A DNA stretch of 64,000 nt from Coniocarpon cinnabarinum. Lineage: Eukaryota. Positions 1 to 13,167 of the stretch are shown here, in pieces. The position numbers were made by a program, and so were the translations under genes. The stretch covers positions 62,001 through 126,000 of the forward strand of contig JAVECO010000006.1 of NCBI GenBank assembly GCA_051942205.1, in the 5' to 3' direction. Each line of letters begins with the position of its first letter. Within the stretch, counting starts at the first letter, position 1. The notes under the pieces were generated by a model. It was not told the DNA's origin. It ran no database searches and saw only the letters and a program-made list of their open reading frames with translations.

Positions 1-1218
1 TGGTTTTTCAAGCGTGGGAGTGAGCCAGACGATGTCAGTGGCGATAGTCCAGATCCGAGCGGCTGGGGCGATCCCTTTGCTTTGTTCGACGGCTGTGACG
101 TCTCGTCTCATTTCAACAAGATGCAAATTGTCTTTGACATAACGTTCTGTGGCGATTGGGCGAATGCGACCTGGGCCAGTGACGCGACCTGCTCGCAGAA
201 GGCCACCACGTGTCCGGAGTATATCAAAAGCCCGACTGATGACGATGCTTTCTCGGAAGCATATTGGACAGTGAATTTCTTAAAAGTGTACAGTGGCAGT
301 TCAGATGGGTCGCCAGGTGGTGGGTCTACCAGTGTTTCTGGCAGCACCACCGGAAGCGCCACCGGCAGCACAACTGGAAGCACCACCGGCAGCACAATTG
401 GAAGCACCACTGGCAGCACAACTGGAAGCGCCACCGGCAGCACCACCGGCAGCACCACAGGCAGCACCACAGCCAGCAGCACGACCAGCAGCACGACCAG
501 CTCGACTTATGGTTTCGGGTCGGGTTCGAGCTCAGGCTCAGGCTCCGGCTCCGGATCGTACTACCATCACCCTAGCAGGACCACCACATCGTCATCGTCC
601 ACGACCCTGAGTTCAATATACGGCGGCGGCAGCGGGACTGGCAGTGCCTCGATTACGGGTACTCCCCCCTCGACTTCCAGCACCACATCCTCCACGTCGA
701 GCGTCTCCTCCCAAACAGTGGGCTTGAACCCGTACAGCAGCCAACCAGACACATATCAACCCACAACTACCACCAGCAGTGCCTCCGGGAACCCTTGGTC
801 TCAACAAGGCTCTCAATGGGGCTCACAGTACGGGAACCCCACTGGGCGTCCAACTGGTTATCTCGTGGTGACTGACTCCTACGGCCAACCCGCTGTGCCT
901 ACATCCGAAGAGCAAGCACCTGCACAACAACAACAGCAGCAGCAGCCGTGGCAACAGAACGTGGGACAGCACATGTGGGAGCAGGATGCAGGGTATGATG
1001 GAGGACCGCAGCCCATGTGGGGAGCCTGGGGTGGTCACGGCGGCCGGGGACGACCGACGGATACGCCTGGGTCGCCGTGTGGCTCGCAGCTTGAACAGCA
1101 GAAGAAGAGGAGTGAGAACGTCAAGAACGTCAAGCTGCCGGATGTCTTCAAGAGGAATGGTCATGCGCACAAGAGGCATGTGGATGGTCATTTGGGGAGA
1201 CGAGTCGGGAGGCATTGA
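1..1218 (+). CDS. GH16 endo-1,3(4)-beta-glucanase (fungal Lam16A/Mlg type), 5'-truncated, with Ser/Thr/Gly-rich tail
   Basis: Frame open from base 1: WFFKRGSEPDDVSGDSPDPSGWGDP...HFNKMQIVFDITFCGDWA...C..YI....AFSEAYWTVNFLKVY, the typical C-terminal half of the fungal GH16 domain. Followed by a low-complexity linker; stop TGA at 1216-1218. Confidence 0.9.
   Translation, partial: WFFKRGSEPDDVSGDSPDPSGWGDPFALFDGCDVSSHFNKMQIVFDITFCGDWANATWASDATCSQKATTCPEYIKSPTDDDAFSEAYWTVNFLKVYSGSSDGSPGGGSTSVSGSTTGSATGSTTGSTTGSTIGSTTGSTTGSATGSTTGSTTGSTTASSTTSSTTSSTYGFGSGSSSGSGSGSGSYYHHPSRTTTSSSSTTLSSIYGGGSGTGSASITGTPPSTSSTTSSTSSVSSQTVGLNPYSSQPDTYQPTTTTSSASGNPWSQQGSQWGSQYGNPTGRPTGYLVVTDSYGQPAVPTSEEQAPAQQQQQQQPWQQNVGQHMWEQDAGYDGGPQPMWGAWGGHGGRGRPTDTPGSPCGSQLEQQKKRSENVKNVKLPDVFKRNGHAHKRHVDGHLGRRVGRH
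340..507 (+). repeat. Coding 12-nt tandem repeat (about 14 units) encoding GSTT/GSAT/xSST
   Basis: Units such as ggcagcaccacc, ggaagcgccacc and ggcagcacaact read directly from the sequence. Confidence 0.9.
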
Positions 1219-1429
1219 CGAGGGTGCTGGATGCTCTGCTTTTACTGCGCATTTGCATGACTGACGTTGACTGGCCATATTCTGATTTGGAAATTTGATG
1301 AAATGTGTAATTTCCAAGCTAGATCGCGCTGTCATCTAAGAGTGAAGTTCGTTTCAGAATTATCATCTATGGGTATCTATGCACAAGCCACGCGCACCTC
1401 GTTGCATCCACATCCCCATAGCTTCCTCA

Positions 1430-4396
1430 CTAACCCTCTAAGATTCCACTCTCCCTCACTTGCCCCACCACTTCCGGCTCCAGATACCGCGCCACGCCCA
1501 CCTCATCCTTGAGGCCCTTCCGTCTCCTCGTCTTGCTCACAAAGTCTCTCGCAAGCTCAATCGCCGTTGCCGCCTCCAGCTTCTTGACCTGGACGCTGCG
1601 ATCCAGCGGATCGCCCGGAACGACACTCCACCGGTCAAACACGCAGCTCACTGTCGCCTTACCCTGCGCGTGGATTCTCAGGTCAGTCTCGAAGCCAAAG
1701 GAGTCGATGACAGGGAGGAGACCGGTGACGCGATGGAGCGGCGTGCCGGGTATGGGTGTTTCACTGAGGACGTGACCACGTCTGCGCGCCAGGACCGTGT
1801 ACAGAGCTGCTACGGCGCTAGTGGTACCAAGCACCGAGGTGGAATAAAGTGGCTCCATGAGGCGGGGGCTGGCGAGGAGGAACGAGCTATAGCACGCTCT
1901 TCGCGACGTAGGGATGATTTGACCCCCGCCGCGCGCGATCGCTTCCTGTGCGAGTGCCACGTCGGTGAGCCGAAATTTAGTGTTGCGGATGGGTTCTTCG
2001 CAGAGGGGTCCCTCGCGCGTGGCCCACGAGAAACCCTGACGCAGGGAGTCTCGCACTGAGCGCAGAGTCTTGGTGTCGACTTCGGCTGGCAGCGTGTCAT
2101 TTTGGAGGAGATTAGGGCCAGCGTCATCGGGACCAAAGGCCCAGATGTTGCGAGACGCCAGGAGGTCGTAGCCGTAGTTCTTCTCGAAGAATTGGCCCAC
2201 GACTCGAACAGGGTCTTTGATGTTGACCTTGCCGGCTTCAATGTCCGCCGCAATGCCATCGTCCAGCGGTTCGGCGATCATGGTGATGCGGTTCTTTTTG
2301 TTTGGGGTGGTGGCGTAGCATTTGATGGCTGAAGTTTCGACACAGGTCTCGCAGAAGCGAGTCACGGGGTCGGAGACTTTGATGTCCATCTCAGCGTAGA
2401 CACGGCGGAGGTCGTGCAGCACGCAGTCCATGTACAGCTCGCCTGTGCCGAGAATCACATGTTCGCCGGACTCTTCTACTTTAGTGGTGATGAGCGGGTA
2501 GGACTTGTTGATTTTGCGAAGCCCGTCGAGCATCTTTGGTAGCTCAGAGGGGTTGATTGGCTCGACGGCGACTTTGAAGACTGATTCGAAGAAGTGCGTG
2601 ATTGGGCGGAAAATGTAGGCGGGATCCTGTGTTGTCGGGTTTTGCTTGGAGGGTGCAGCCACAACGGTGGCGGTCTTGACGATGGAATTGTCGATACCGG
2701 AGAGAAGGACCCAGTTGCCGGCGGGGACGCCCGAGACTGGTACGCTGTAACGGGCTTCAGCGAGTTGTGTAGCGGCAATTGTGGCTTCGACCATGTCTTC
2801 TTCGTCCTCAAGGGTGTACCCTTCACCCAGGACGCGAACAGCTTGACCCGCAGTTGCTGTGCCGGACATTACCCGCCCAAGAGCGTTGAAAGAAGAGACA
2901 TCGGGTGTGCTGTATAGCTTTGTGACGTGTACAAGGAGTGGGCCTTCAGGATCGCATTTCTGCATACTCTGAGCGGCGGTTGTGTCGAGGGGGCCCGTGT
3001 AGTATTTATTGAGCATCCGTCGAGCATCGTCCAGCGGCGACGGAATGTGTTCAGCAACCATATCAACGAAACCCTCGGCGCCGCCGAAAAACTGAGCACA
3101 GACAAGCTTGAGCAGATCTTTAGCATTCTGCTTGTATTGCATGGGCTTCAATTGAATGTGTAGTCGATCGAGAATGTCTTTCAACTCTTCCGGGCTAGAG
3201 CTAATCGTCGAAACATACAGCTTGTAAATAGGCTCCAGTACGAAGTTCACGAAACCTCTTTTGGAGTCCGCGTCTTGCGGTTTCCTGGTGAACTTTCGGG
3301 TACGTGGGTTAAAGAAGATGTTACCCCACAGGCGAAGCGCAAAAGCGGCTGGGTCGATGTCGTCGAAGCTGTCCGCGTACATCTTCGCAAACGAGGGCAA
3401 TGTGAATACCCAATCCATTTGCGTGCTTGCAAAGGCGACGTTGCCCTTTTCTGGGCTCAGTCTCCGCGATGAGCCTCGACCTGGAATGGTGTTCTCAATG
3501 ACGGTGTTCACCTCTTCGACAACATGTTTCAATTTGAAGTAAGCATCTGCAGGCGGAATCTTGAGTTCTAAGATTAGACGGTCCAGTTTGTTGATGACCA
3601 ATGTGATAGGTATGTCTTCAAGGACGGCATGCTTAATGATCTGCTCGGTGCTGGTTTGAACGCCTTCCACCACATCAACAACGAGGACGATACCATCTGC
3701 TAACCGCATTGAGGCTGCGACCTCATCAAGAAAGTTGACATGTCCTGGCGTGTCCATGATATTGAATAGATGTGATTTGCCTCTTGTTCCTCCAAGCACT
3801 AAGCTCATAGGTGTCGCTTTGATTGACAGACCTCTTTCCCGCTCCAAGAAACTGGGATCGGTATACCGCAACTGTTCTTCTCGATGCTTGCCCCTCTTGT
3901 TCTGTTCCCGTGCTGCGATATCATGCGTCTGCATCACGAGCATGTCCATGAAAGCGGTTTTGCCGTGATGGAGATGGCCAGCAAAGACGATGTTTCTGAT
4001 GTTACTTGGAAAGCTCATGAGATCCGTCATAAAGTCTCTTGAGAAGAACACTGGAGGCAGGTCTGCTTCTTCGACTGTGTACTTCTTTTCTTTTACCGGC
4101 GCGATGATAGGCTGATCCAATGCCTGTGTGTCTTCTTCCTGCACCAACGTCTCCACGCCTGGTCCATAGGTCTGCGATGCGGTGGGATAGTATTGCTTGT
4201 CCTCATGTAGAATGACCTGATTTAAAGGTCCGTCTTCATCGACTTGCATGAGCTGCTGGTCGTTGACACCAGCATCCTCGTCCTCATCCTCGTCCAGGTA
4301 CTGCGCACCTGTCGAGACGCCATTTGCGGCCTGCTCTTCATTTGACTCTTCGACATCGCCAATGTAATTACCGAATTCGTCGTAAAGATCGTCCAT
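1430..4396 (-). CDS. SNU114: U5 snRNP 116 kDa EF2-like GTPase
   Basis: MDDLYDEFGNYIG N-terminus, LHEDKQYYP, GHLHHGKT P-loop, DTPGHVNF, NKLD, GFETDLR, KTRRRKGL. Single exon; ATG at 4396. Confidence 0.97.
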   Translation of the reverse strand: MDDLYDEFGNYIGDVEESNEEQAANGVSTGAQYLDEDEDEDAGVNDQQLMQVDEDGPLNQVILHEDKQYYPTASQTYGPGVETLVQEEDTQALDQPIIAPVKEKKYTVEEADLPPVFFSRDFMTDLMSFPSNIRNIVFAGHLHHGKTAFMDMLVMQTHDIAAREQNKRGKHREEQLRYTDPSFLERERGLSIKATPMSLVLGGTRGKSHLFNIMDTPGHVNFLDEVAASMRLADGIVLVVDVVEGVQTSTEQIIKHAVLEDIPITLVINKLDRLILELKIPPADAYFKLKHVVEEVNTVIENTIPGRGSSRRLSPEKGNVAFASTQMDWVFTLPSFAKMYADSFDDIDPAAFALRLWGNIFFNPRTRKFTRKPQDADSKRGFVNFVLEPIYKLYVSTISSSPEELKDILDRLHIQLKPMQYKQNAKDLLKLVCAQFFGGAEGFVDMVAEHIPSPLDDARRMLNKYYTGPLDTTAAQSMQKCDPEGPLLVHVTKLYSTPDVSSFNALGRVMSGTATAGQAVRVLGEGYTLEDEEDMVEATIAATQLAEARYSVPVSGVPAGNWVLLSGIDNSIVKTATVVAAPSKQNPTTQDPAYIFRPITHFFESVFKVAVEPINPSELPKMLDGLRKINKSYPLITTKVEESGEHVILGTGELYMDCVLHDLRRVYAEMDIKVSDPVTRFCETCVETSAIKCYATTPNKKNRITMIAEPLDDGIAADIEAGKVNIKDPVRVVGQFFEKNYGYDLLASRNIWAFGPDDAGPNLLQNDTLPAEVDTKTLRSVRDSLRQGFSWATREGPLCEEPIRNTKFRLTDVALAQEAIARGGGQIIPTSRRACYSSFLLASPRLMEPLYSTSVLGTTSAVAALYTVLARRRGHVLSETPIPGTPLHRVTGLLPVIDSFGFETDLRIHAQGKATVSCVFDRWSVVPGDPLDRSVQVKKLEAATAIELARDFVSKTRRRKGLKDEVGVARYLEPEVVGQVRESGILEG

Positions 4397-4548
4397 CTTC
4401 AATCCTCATGCACAAGGCCACTGGAAAAGTGATGAAGGGAGGCGATCAGAGAGGCGAGTCAAGACCAACGAGCCCAGGCGGTGTAGTCCAGTACTCGCCA
4501 ACGACACGAGCGTCTGATAGTATGACGGTCGATGAACCAATTACTTGA

Positions 4549-5964
<1,416 letters not shown>

Positions 5965-6344
5965 GCCGCAGATTTGGTAATGCAAATTCATCAGATTTGC
6001 AGCAATAGATGACACTTGTCGTCAGGAGAGATCCAAGGACTCATTGACAATACCGGATCAGATCGATGATGATGACAGTCTTCTGGTCGGGTTTTCCCAC
6101 AGTTCAGAATAAGTAGCGTAGCGTCAAATGCCGACGGGTGCCTACGTCAAGTGCCGCTGTGTCTCTACGGAACGGGCCAAAGGCCACATGCGCACGTTGG
6201 CACCGAGGTGTTGAGCGGATAGACGCATTGTGTTTCAACATTTCCAATTTGGTTGCTCCCTGGCAGAGGTGGATGTGTTTCACGTCTGTACGAAGTTGTC
6301 TTTTGAAGACAATTGTGCGAGCTCACACAATTCGTAATTAGGTC

Positions 6345-6998
6345 TCAATGACAGGTGCTGAGCATTTTGCGGATAACGCCCATCAGAGTCTGGTTCTCCA
6401 GAGCTGCAGCAACGCGTTCCTTGTCGCCAAGCTGCTTGCTGACTGCGTCGTCGGTGCTGTGTGTGCCTTTTTTAATGCGAACATCGACACGGAACCGAGG
6501 TGGCAATGCTTGTTCCAGCCGCACGCGTACCCCCAGTCCTATAACAGTCGCCAAGCTGCAGTGAGTGATGGTCGGTGTGATGTCAACGACTACGGTGCTA
6601 ATTTGACTCTGGGGAGAAGAGGGAGGATAAATGTGTATATCATGCAATCGGACCACTGAAAGCGAGCCGAGGGAAAGAGGATGCTCGGGATCTGAAATGT
6701 GCGCAATAAGATCTGTCAGACAGACATCAGCACGGCTTTAAGCGAGGAATGCACGATTAGCCAGATATTTCGTACCGTAGATCTCCTGCTCGTCTATTGC
6801 CTCGACCTCCTCACTGTCTGCGTCGGACAAGCCAAGGGACTCTATTGATTCATCTAGATGGTGTTGTGAAGGTAGCAGGTCATCGAACAGCCCAGTGCCT
6901 CCGTCCGCGCGATGGAAGGTCGAAACGGGCTGGTGGCGTGTAGGAAGATCAGAGGGGTTCAAGATAGAGGGATTTGCGTTGTCTTTGTCCGGCTCCAT
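6345..6998 (-). CDS. CIA2: Cytosolic Fe-S assembly component CIA2/FAM96B/MIP18; intron 6713-6775
   Basis: Spliced product reads IDEQEIYDLIAHISDPEHPLSLGSLSVV...ITPTITHCSLATVIGL...KGTH...KQLGDKERVAAALEN. Confidence 0.93.
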
Positions 6999-9218
6999 GC
7001 TGTTTCAAGGTGCCCTCGAGGCGCACGAGGCTAGCGATAGGCGATGCTTAGTGACAGCTTAGAATGCTCATGTGAGCTGCAGAAAGTCGACGCGGTAGGT
7101 AGCATTGCTGTAGCTCAGTCATGATGCAAGCACCTACCTTAGCTCCGGCATTTGTTTCAAGTCACGTGCTCACGGAGACGAATATTTTCATGTGATAGTC
7201 CGTAGCCCCTGGTGGGGCTTCGTTTTGCTCCTTCCATTGACGTCCTGATTGGCGAAGACGTTCTCATTTAATCGCTTAACCCTGCACAAGGCAGCTCGTT
7301 TGGACCATTCTGCATCTCATACAGCCATGCCTTCACCCTCTACGGAAGCTCACTTATGGAGTGAAATGCCCCGACTGGGGCACGGTAACTTGGTAGTGCA
7401 GGCCATCCCTGCTCCTGTATCTGAGATCCTGGTCAAGCATAATTTCACTGCCGACGAAGCATCATGCTGGTGATAATGAAAAGCAGCGAACGCAGTGGAG
7501 ACGAAGAGTCGAGCGTCATATCCAGGAACGCAATCTTGGTGTTTTCACTGACATGTGGATTGTAATAGTATTCGGTTGCAATACAGGCAGGCTGCTCTTA
7601 TGGCCAAGACCGAGGCATGATCACTTCAATGCATGAAAACGTCGACGAAGCAGAGCAGCAGAGGGACAGCAAGGAGGGAAAGCTGCGAGTAGACGATCAG
7701 ACGAACCATATCACCCGGTGGTCGATGAGCGCGATCGAGCCGCCTGACGTTGCTCCCGCATGTGGCATTGCAGAGGCATTGAGTGGAAATGATGACGGCC
7801 GACGAAGCCGATCAACAGAGCAATGGGATGTATGGTCATGCGGTAGCGTCGAGGGAGGCTTGCGGACGCCAGTGCAGATCCGCAGACGGGAGTGCGGCCT
7901 TGCAAACAACGGGACCTTGGATGCAAAGGATGCAGAGCTTCGCAGATGAGCGAGATGGGATAATACTGTGATACGTGCCTAGGGGCAAAAGACTCATGGG
8001 CCATCTGCGACCGTGCGTTTCTAAGCTACCTGCAGTCACCAGTCACCAGTGCGTGCCTGCGACTCGGCGCTGGGGGGAGGTCGCTAGTTTGCCTGCCCAT
8101 GCTCCAGACTCGTAATCGCTGTGTTCTCCATGCCCTTTTCCCCTTCCTGTCCATCCTGTTGCTCGATCCCTCAAGATATCGCTCTGCGACCACTCCATCC
8201 ACCTCTTGAACCCATATCGACGTCCGCTCCTCGAGGCTGCCGGACCTGAAAAGCCTCGCGCCGCGCAACCTCACACTGCAGATGACGTCCGCTGCGCACT
8301 CGGCACGTGGCGTTTCTATTCTGGCCAACGCCTACACAGTCGCGGTGCTCGCCTTGGAGGCCTTGGAGGGCACCCGCTGGGCCTGACTGCTGCTTTGGGG
8401 TGTCTCTGCGTGTCTCTGCGCCAGACTCCGTCCCTCGACCTCCACTCGGGGTGAGTCTCCATAGGTATCGACCCAGCGCCGTTCCCGCTACTCCTAATTT
8501 GGCCTCAGCACACTTGGCATCTCATCACGACAAAGACGGCCCTTCCCAGTCCCCAGTCTATTCTGGTGGCGCATTGCTCAGTCGAGTCCCCCAAATCAGG
8601 TGACTAGGTCGTCCGCGCTCACCCACCACAACCCAAGTCTGAAGCATCGCACAGTTTCAGACATTGCTGCATCGTGACGGCCCGCTGACGAGCCTCGGCG
8701 AAGCTTGTGTGCCTATTTGCCTCCACGGTTGCTGGCATCGCCTTTCGACAAACTGTTTGGCCTTCCTCTGGCCGAGGTCAAGCCTCCTCGGTGCTGTCAA
8801 GTGCCAACTAAGCATCACAGCCACATTTTCGCCTGCGGCAACGATTTGGAATTCACCAGAATAAGACCTGGAAGACCTTGTAGAAACCAAAATATACTGT
8901 TGTCCACAGTTCTGTTTGCGCCTTGCGTACGTTTCATGATTGTGTGCTCTGGAATGCTCATCCATCGGCGAGCCCCGATGCTACACCTTAAAAGGCGTTC
9001 AGACCGGCCCACTGGAAAGCATTGAAGCATTCAAAACCCCATTGGCAGCCCCCACACACTTATGATCTGTCCGGATCCAGACCAGAACTAGGAAGGATTC
9101 AAGCTATTTGGCCCCTTCATATCAGGCCACGATTGCACTTCAGAGTCTATCGGAGCGTTCGCCCTAAGTCCCAGATAGGACATACCTCCGTCTGCGGATC
9201 CTGTTTCAACCGACCAAC

Positions 9219-12120
9219 ATGGCTGACATGGGCTCACGAGCTCTGGTCCCAGACGGCGCGCCGGCCTTTAGTTTCTCTGGCGTGTCTCATCAAGAGCCAC
9301 GAGAGAAGCACAAGAGTCAGTCTCGATTCTGATACTATGATTATGTCGCGTTCGGGGTTGACTGAGCCTGTAGATTATGTCTTTGTTGACGAGCACAATA
9401 GACATCGGCGCCTCAAGGGTGAGAGTCATCCGATACCGCCAATTGGTTGTGTCAAGGGGCACTCTTCATGCTAACTGCCGTCAGTTATGCGAGCCTGTGC
9501 GTCATGTCGCCGTCGCAAAATAAAGTGCGATGCGGCCACAACGAACACCTGGCCTTGCCAGCCTTGTGTAAAGCAGTCACTCGAATGTGTTCCACCGTCG
9601 TCTGATAAAGACGGGCCAGAGGATACCATCGAAGAGAGCAAGCAACCGCTTTATCAAATCTACCAGCAAAACGCACCAAGCACAAGCCCTGATCAGGACC
9701 TTACGTATCCGCAGCATGTCAGGATCCCGGCTAGCTATGTGTATACATCGAGTTTGCCCAGCTCAACATCAACGTTCTATGACGGCAGCGCCGTAGGAAG
9801 CTCGGTTCCGCCGTCATCTATGGGCAACGAAAGCTTGACACCCCTTACTCCACAGCAGGCTTCACAGCAGGGCTTCCAACATTCACCGTATCAAGCCAGT
9901 CCCTCCGCGGCATCGACGTCAGGTGTCTCCAACAACAGTGGTACTCCCGAAGGAGAGCTGGCAGACGTTTTACGCGAATTGAAAATCGATCAAGGAGGCG
10001 TCGGTAAGTCGCGAACTCTGTAGTCATCATTGCCGTCTGAGTGCTAATAGTGATGTAGCCCCGTACATTGCAAACCAACAGCAGCTCGGTGAAGTACCTG
10101 CGATGGAAGAGCAAGAACCGCCTCTTCCACCGCCACAAACCTACCCCGATGCACCTGTTCAAATTCCAATGGAGATGATGCCTTCTGACCAGCTGGCCAG
10201 CGAGTACATCGATTATTTCTTCAAAAACATTCATCCTTACGTTCCAGTTGTCAATAGAGAGGCTTTGGTTGAGGCGTGGCGAACAGACCGGTACTCTATT
10301 CCACCGCTGATTCTGGAAGGAATTTTCGCCAGTTCAGCGTATCAGCTTGGCCGCATCCAGGAAAGAGGCCGATGGCTGGCCTTAGCAGCTCGTAAGTGCT
10401 TCTTAGTCAGCATTCAGTACTCTGCCAAAGCTGACGACGCACAGGACATGAAGAGAACTTCAGAGATATGCCACGACTAAGCACAATTCAAGGACTCATC
10501 CTGGTGATGAAGGCGAGGGAGACCGTGCCAAAGCGTGGATACTACTATCGCTCATGGATCACGGTCCAGTTACTGATACGAATGGGCAAAGACCTTGGAC
10601 TTCACACTCACAACCAATCGCACATCCACGGGCAAGCTTGCAAGTTTGACACTAACGAATGCGTATTGCGTTCTCGCATCTGGCACACCCTCTTTCAAAT
10701 CGAATTGATGGTGGGAGGTCCTCAAGGTCGGTTTGACTTCAGCATCGATCTTAATACCGTCAACCTGCAAGTGCCGACAGCTCGTCCTGGACTCGAGTAC
10801 GCTGAATGGAGCATCACTCGAGACCAAACGTTTTTCGTCAAGCTCATTCACAACGTGCGCATGACAGCAGCCCTCTATGCTCGCGTTAAGCAGGTCAACG
10901 GTGACTGTTCCACTGACGCAGATTTCGTTAAACATAACGAAGACTACATGCGGCTCGGTCGACAGTTCCCCCAACATCTTCAAGTCAAGTACCCAGAAGA
11001 CGGCTCACCACCTTCACTCCCATTTCACTACATGGCAAATCTACAAGCGTATCATCTATTGAGCCTTATCATGCACTATCGGCCTCAATTAGAAATGAAT
11101 GGGCGGTATGACGATCAATCCTGGAAAGACATCATGGCTCGATGCCACGATGCTGCGACGAAGATCTGTCGACTCCACGAAGCCGTATTTCAAAGATTTG
11201 GTCCCAACGGCCTTTTGTGTATGCTGCGTGGGATCAATTTCGCAATTTACACGATTCTCAGCTGCACGTTACTTCATCTGGTCGCCATCACCTCACCCGA
11301 CCCCGTTCTCAATGAGAAAGCCAAGGACTACTTCTCGCGGCACATGCGCATCCTTGAGAAGTGTGCCAGCTCCTGGCCGGTGCCACAGTTGAAGATCCAG
11401 ATAGATTCCCTAAGACAAGCCTTCTCCGCAGACCTGAACAAGCCTTTTGAGCTACGTCAGAATTTCCCTTTTGGCAGTCCAGATCCGAGCTCCGAGGGGC
11501 CATCGCCGCACAGCGAGCCTGCATATTTACATCAAGCTCAACATCGGCGTGTACAAAGTGGTCAGAGCTTTTCCGCACCTTTTGAAGCTGCGCCTGTGAC
11601 ACCTCCTCAGACGACGCCAGTCACATCTCAGGAGTATACGCCATCTATCGGCATTGGCGCTATTGATGGTTCCATGCCGGCACAGCAGCATGCCCAATGG
11701 GATCCCTCGGGCGTGTTCCAGCACTGGAGAACCGCATTCAACCCAACTCAATACGAGACGCCCTCGCCCAGCTTTCAGAACGGCGCTCAGCCCTCCGTCG
11801 TGGCACCAACGTCAATACCCGCATATGCTGCGCCCCAGCAGCAGGGCTCACATCATCAGAACCCCGGATATTTTGCTGGTCCACAATCTGGTATGTCATC
11901 CGTCGGTCAAGCCGCGATGTCGCCCACATATCCTCCACCCATGGCGGGACCGCAAGGCTATCTCGCACAGGGCCCCGCCACAACACCGTCAGGCTACGGA
12001 GGAGCGGTGCAACCCTATGTTACACCAAGCATGTGGCAAGATGTGGTAGCACAGAGCTCTGGCTGGAAACGCAGGCACGAGAGTGATGCGTCAGAGCTTA
12101 CCTACAAGCGTATGAGGTGA
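9219..12120 (+). CDS. Zn(II)2Cys6 transcription factor with fungal-specific TF domain; introns 9316-9373, 9419-9484, 10004-10058, 10392-10444
   Basis: ATG in caacATGG context at 9219. Splicing gives KHKNYVFVDEHNRHRRLKVMRACASCRRRKIKCD..WPCQPCVKQSLEC, then YFFKNIHPYVPV, PRLSTIQ, MGKDLGLH, RSRIW. All four introns keep the frame. Confidence 0.9.
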
Positions 12121-13167
12121 TTCACGATGAGCAGCCAGTGTTCTGTCCCAAGCGCTCCCTTAGACGTTGTCCAGGACTCAAACCATCGACAGTTTGCCAC
12201 TGTTGCCTCGATTCATGATGGCGTGTTCAGCTGGCAGAGGTCAGTCCTTGTGTGGCATCGAACACAAATTGAGAGCAATTGAGAGCAATTGAGGTGCTCT
12301 GTCATTGGACAGCCGACTCTGGCATTTTCATCCCGTCCAAGAGCCTAATGGCATGACGGTAGACTCCTCGACCTCAGCAGCAAGAACTGACACAACAGGG
12401 AAGTGTGATCCGGAATCATCCGAGCGCTCAACAAGAAATCATTCATCATCTAGGCAATCTCAAAAGGGAGGAGGCTTGTCTGCTTAACAAAAACTCGCAT
12501 GCACTGGTTTCACATCTGTTCACCCATTCAGGGCACGACTCAAGGCATGCGAATCCCCAGTCGATCTGATACCCGCCACGAACTCTCGTGTACCCAGCCC
12601 ACGACGCCATGGCTCACGAATTTGGCATTCAAAGACACTCAATGTATACGTAACAAACACTTAGGTTCACACAGGCGTTTACCAGAACAACAATTTTCCT
12701 TCACCGCATCGCTGGACGTGTTGTCCCATACTTTTTTCATGTTCTCGATTTATTCACGACCATCTGGTTGCTGGGTTTTTTGTATTACACCACGCGTTCC
12801 TTGACTACGAATGTAATCTCACAATTTCTACGACGTGACTCTTTCCTGCTATATCTCTGAACTACTTACTATTACTACGCCTTTCTTAAGCAATTCATGC
12901 ACTTTAGACGTTCCGCATTCCTTGACCTTTCATGTACTTCTCGATCACCGCATCTTCCTAGACAACTGTGTATACCCTGACCACCGTGGTGGGAGGGAGA
13001 CACGCAAAGATGCCATTTCAATACTTGGAGGCTCCCATCATTGAACAACACTTTTTAGGAGAGTATTCTTGGTGATATGCATTCTTCACTATCATCTGAT
13101 TATCATGTAGCAAGCCGAGTCTAACGCCTTCCAAGACTACCAGTTCCAGGTCTGAGCATCAACGGTA

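Noticed and set aside
7249..8040. Several 60-110 aa ORFs between CIA2 and the TF
   Set aside because: No motifs or coherent splice structure; probably promoter or UTR sequence
12267..12293. (AATTGAGAGC)x2.7 repeat in the TF 3' region
   Set aside because: Simple slippage repeat without spacers; not CRISPR-like or transposon-related
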